Positions 61,104-64,000 of a stretch of DNA of 64,000 nt are shown here, piece by piece (positions within the stretch are counted from its first letter, which is position 1; the number at the start of each line of letters is the position of its first letter). Below the pieces are notes generated by a model. That model did no database searches. It saw only the letters and a program-made list of their open reading frames with translations, and was not told the DNA's origin. A program made the translations under genes and the position numbers. Origin of the DNA: an uncultured Holophagales bacterium (GTDB taxonomy: Bacteria; Acidobacteriota; Thermoanaerobaculia; Multivoradales; UBA5704); the NCBI GenBank assembly GCA_963842525.1, contig CAWJGT010000009.1:864001-928000 (forward strand), written 5' to 3'.

Positions 61104-61918
61104 GCTTCACGCTCCGCTCGTTCTCGTCGAACGAGGACTTCGAGGCCTGCGTCGAGCTGCAGAAGCTGACCTGGGGGCACGACTTCTCGGACGTCGTGCC
61201 GCTCAGCATCCTGAAGATCGGTCAGAAGGCGGGAGGGGTCGCCGCCGGAGCGTTCGCGCCGGACGGCCAGATGCTCGGCTTCGTCTGGGGCCTGACGGGT
61301 CTCCGCGACCGCCGCCCGTTCCACTGGTCGCACATGGCCGCGGTGCGGCCGGGGACCCGCGACACGGGGATCGGCCGCGAGCTCAAGCTCTATCAGCGCC
61401 AGCTCGTCCGCGAGATGGGGGTCGAGGAGGTCGAGTGGACCTACGATCCGCTCGAATCCCGCAACGCGAACCTGAACCTCGACAAGCTCGGCGCCGACGT
61501 CAAGGAGTACGTGGAGGACATGTACTCCGGCGAGATGGGCAGCGAGCTCGCAAGGGGGATCGGCACCGACCGGTTCATCGTGAGCTGGAAGATCGCCAGC
61601 CCCAAGGTGGCCGAGCGCCTGGCCGGACACCGGCTCGATCCTGCCGTGGTGGCCGAACGTTTCCGGGATGCGCCAGTGATCGGCCTGGAAGCCGCGGAGG
61701 AGGAGGTCGCTCTGCCTGACGCCCCCCTCGTCCGCGTGGCCATCCCGGACGACATCCAGGCCGTCAAGACGGAGCGGCCCGAGGAGGCTGCCGCATGGCG
61801 GCAGTCGACCCGGCGGGCCTTCGTCCGCTACCTTCCTCCCCACGGCCGTTACAGCGTCGAGGCCTTCCTCCGGGATCCGGAAAGCCACCTCGGCTTCTAT
61901 TGTCTCGTTGCCCCTTGA
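61100..61918 (+). CDS. GNAT-family acyl(succinyl)transferase
   Basis: HWSHMAAVRPG.R..GIGRELKLYQR, WTYDPLESRNA.LNL.KLGA and TDRF. Adjacent to the NSAR gene. Confidence 0.85.
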   Translation: MSFTLRSFSSNEDFEACVELQKLTWGHDFSDVVPLSILKIGQKAGGVAAGAFAPDGQMLGFVWGLTGLRDRRPFHWSHMAAVRPGTRDTGIGRELKLYQRQLVREMGVEEVEWTYDPLESRNANLNLDKLGADVKEYVEDMYSGEMGSELARGIGTDRFIVSWKIASPKVAERLAGHRLDPAVVAERFRDAPVIGLEAAEEEVALPDAPLVRVAIPDDIQAVKTERPEEAAAWRQSTRRAFVRYLPPHGRYSVEAFLRDPESHLGFYCLVAP

Positions 61919-61926
61919 GGGGGACC

Positions 61927-63063
61927 ATGCTGCGAATCCAGACCGTCGTCCTGCGTGAGATCGCCCTGACCTTGAAAGAGCCGTTCCGGATCTCCTCCGG
62001 GACCCAGAGCCATCGCCGGATCTTCCTGGTCCAGCTCTTCGGTCCCGACCGAGCCGAAGGCTGGGGGGAGTGCGTGGCGGGTGAGGACCCCCATTACAGC
62101 TCGGAGGCGATCGATACCGCCTGGGTGGCGATCCGGCAGTGGGTTGTACCGCGGGTCCTCGGCCGCTCTTTCGCCGGGCCGGAGGAGGTCCATCCGGTCC
62201 TGGAGCGCAATTTCCGCGGCCACAACATGGCCAAGGCCGCCATCGAGATGGCCGCCTGGGACATGGCTGCGCGGGCCGAAGGGGTGCCGCTCGCCCGCAA
62301 GCTCGGAGGTATCCGCGGCATCCGCGACCACATCCATGTCGGCATCTCGCTCGGCATCCAGGAGAGCCCGCAGGTGCTGGTCGAGAAGGCGCGGGCGGCG
62401 CTGGAGCGCGGCTACCGCAAGGTGAAGATCAAGATCGAGCCCGGATCGGACGTCCAGTACGTGCGGGCCGTGCGCGAGGCCCTCGGCCCCGAGGCGCCCC
62501 TCATGGCCGACGCCAACAATGCCTACACCCTGGACGACACCGAAAGCCTGCGCCAGCTCGACGGCCTCGGCCTGATGATGATCGAGCAGCCTCTCGCCTG
62601 GGACGACATCCTGCGTCACGCCGAGCTCCAGAAGCGGCTCTCGACGCCGATTTGCCTCGATGAATCCATCACCAGCGTCGACCGCGCGGAGGACATGATC
62701 ACCCTGGAGGCGGGCCGCGTCGTCAATATCAAGCCCGGCCGGGTCGGCGGCTTTGTGCAGTCGCTCGCCATCCACGACCTCTGCCAGCGGCACGGCATCC
62801 CGGTCTGGTGCGGCGGCATGCTGGAGAGCGGCGTCGGCCGGGCGCACAACGTCGCCCTGGCGTCCCTCCCGAACTGCACACTGCCGGGCGACATTTCGCC
62901 CAGCGAGCGCTATTGGGAGAAGGACATCGTGGTCCCGGAGTGGACCATGGACCGGGAGGGGCGCATCCAGGTGCCGCTCGACCGTCCCGGCCTGGGAGTC
63001 GAGGTGGACCTGAACCGGGTCGAAGACCTGACCGTGCGCCGCGAGGAGCTGACGGCGCTGTAG
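61927..63063 (+). CDS. menC: o-succinylbenzoate synthase / N-acylamino acid racemase (enolase superfamily)
   Basis: GWGECVA, KVKIKI, MADANNAY, IEQPL, CLDESI, NIKPGRVGG and WCGGMLESG. Confidence 0.88.
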   Translation: MLRIQTVVLREIALTLKEPFRISSGTQSHRRIFLVQLFGPDRAEGWGECVAGEDPHYSSEAIDTAWVAIRQWVVPRVLGRSFAGPEEVHPVLERNFRGHNMAKAAIEMAAWDMAARAEGVPLARKLGGIRGIRDHIHVGISLGIQESPQVLVEKARAALERGYRKVKIKIEPGSDVQYVRAVREALGPEAPLMADANNAYTLDDTESLRQLDGLGLMMIEQPLAWDDILRHAELQKRLSTPICLDESITSVDRAEDMITLEAGRVVNIKPGRVGGFVQSLAIHDLCQRHGIPVWCGGMLESGVGRAHNVALASLPNCTLPGDISPSERYWEKDIVVPEWTMDREGRIQVPLDRPGLGVEVDLNRVEDLTVRREELTAL

Positions 63064-63074
63064 GACGCCGAGCG

Positions 63075-63461
63075 ATGCTCTACCGCCTCCTGGCCGACCT
63101 GGTCGTCGTCCTCCACGTTGGTTTCGTGCTGTTCGTGGTGCTGGGCGGCCTCCTCGCCTTGCGCTGGCCCCGCGCCGCCTGGCTCCACCTGCCAGCCGCC
63201 ATCTGGGGCGCGGCCATCGAATTCGTCGCCGGCATCTGCCCCCTGACCCCTCTGGAGAACCGTCTCCGCCGCCTCGGCGGGGAAGCCGGCTACTCCGGCG
63301 GCTTCGTGGAGCACTACGTCCTCCCCGTCCTCTACCCGGCAGGGCTGTCCCGCGGCGTGCAGCTCGCCCTCGGCGCAGTCGTGGTCGTGCTGAACGTGGC
63401 GGTCTATGCGGTGGTGTGGCGGCGGTGGAGGAGGAAGAAGAGCCGGCCGGCTCCGGCGTAG
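63075..63461 (+). CDS. DUF2784 family membrane protein
   Basis: LADLVVVLHVGFVLFVVLGG, ICPLTPLEN and FVEHYVLPVLYP. Confidence 0.9.
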   Translation: MLYRLLADLVVVLHVGFVLFVVLGGLLALRWPRAAWLHLPAAIWGAAIEFVAGICPLTPLENRLRRLGGEAGYSGGFVEHYVLPVLYPAGLSRGVQLALGAVVVVLNVAVYAVVWRRWRRKKSRPAPA

Positions 63462-63483
63462 CTGCCGTGAGCCATACCGCGAT

Positions 63484-64000
63484 GACCGGGGCCGGAAGCT
63501 CCCTGCCCCGGCTTCACGCACCCCGGACCGCGCGCCGGATGCCGGGGGTCGCGCCGCGAGCCCCGCTGCTCGCGGTCACCCCCTGATCGACCGCAGGCGG
63601 CGGCGCATTGACACCGTTCGGTGGGCCGCCGCCCGCGGCCCCTGCTTCGTTGGCAGCGGTCCGCATCCCGTTGACCGCGGTCAACGCGTCAAAGCCCGCG
63701 ATCCGGATGCCGGCGACCGCGTGGAGAGTCTCGCTGCTCGAGGTCAGCGCCTCGCCGACCACGGTCGGCGGCTCATGGACCGCGGTCCGCGGTCCATGGA
63801 CCCATGGCAACGCCTCGCCGTCCGCGATCCGGATTCCATGGACTGCGGTCGACAGCATCAGGCTCGCGGTCGATGACTCAGCGACCGCAGCCGGCGGCTC
63901 GTTGCTTGCGGTCAACGTCACGGCGACCGCGGTCCCAGGCTTCGTGACCGCGGTCTGCGACCCGTTGCCTGCTGTCTCTGAGCCATGGAGCGCTGTCAGC
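63484..64000. repeat. Tandem array of about 25 palindromic cores (consensus GACCGCGGTC) at a 21-bp period, running off the window edge
   Basis: Cores fall at about 63484+21n. Perfect GACCGCGGTC at 63673, 63778, 63925 and 63946. The 11-nt spacers are variable. Confidence 0.85.

Noticed and set aside
60161-61918. TPR-GNAT fusion protein
   Set aside because: The natural TPR C-terminus and a GTGA stop/start overlap at 61100-61103 indicate two genes joined by an indel.

Overview
High-GC bacterial chromosomal window. The gene content and REP types resemble Acidobacteria or related soil lineages, but taxonomy cannot be confirmed from the sequence. Many single-base indels, especially at 34.6-39.2 kb, look like long-read assembly errors. 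The core-like content is an ECF sigma factor, a membrane-bound CheA-like kinase with CheY, CheX and MHYT, an OmpR two-component system, GGT, an FtsX/LolD-type ABC transporter, PepD, a glgE-treS/mak-malQ-glgB cluster, fhs, GH57, an AarF kinase and a GNAT-NSAR/MenC pair. Accessory content comprises four toxin-antitoxin pairs, a SIR2-like gene followed by a degenerate attC-like site, and a CHAT-NB-ARC-TPR gene. The best candidate for an undescribed system is a more AT-rich five-gene operon at 39.8-48.4 kb: CHAT protease, degenerate STAND-like protein, tandem SPFH-like protein, MotA/ZorA-like and MotB/ZorB-like. The protease C-terminus and the STAND-like N-terminus share the motif QSTxxxxIGTVNNxQA, the layout known from amyloid-signalling gene pairs. 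Three arrays of regularly spaced palindromes (19-bp and 21-bp periods) are also unexplained. One lies in a 2.6-kb segment bounded by a duplicated gene 3' end. No tRNA, rRNA, CRISPR array, integrase or transposase was recognised.
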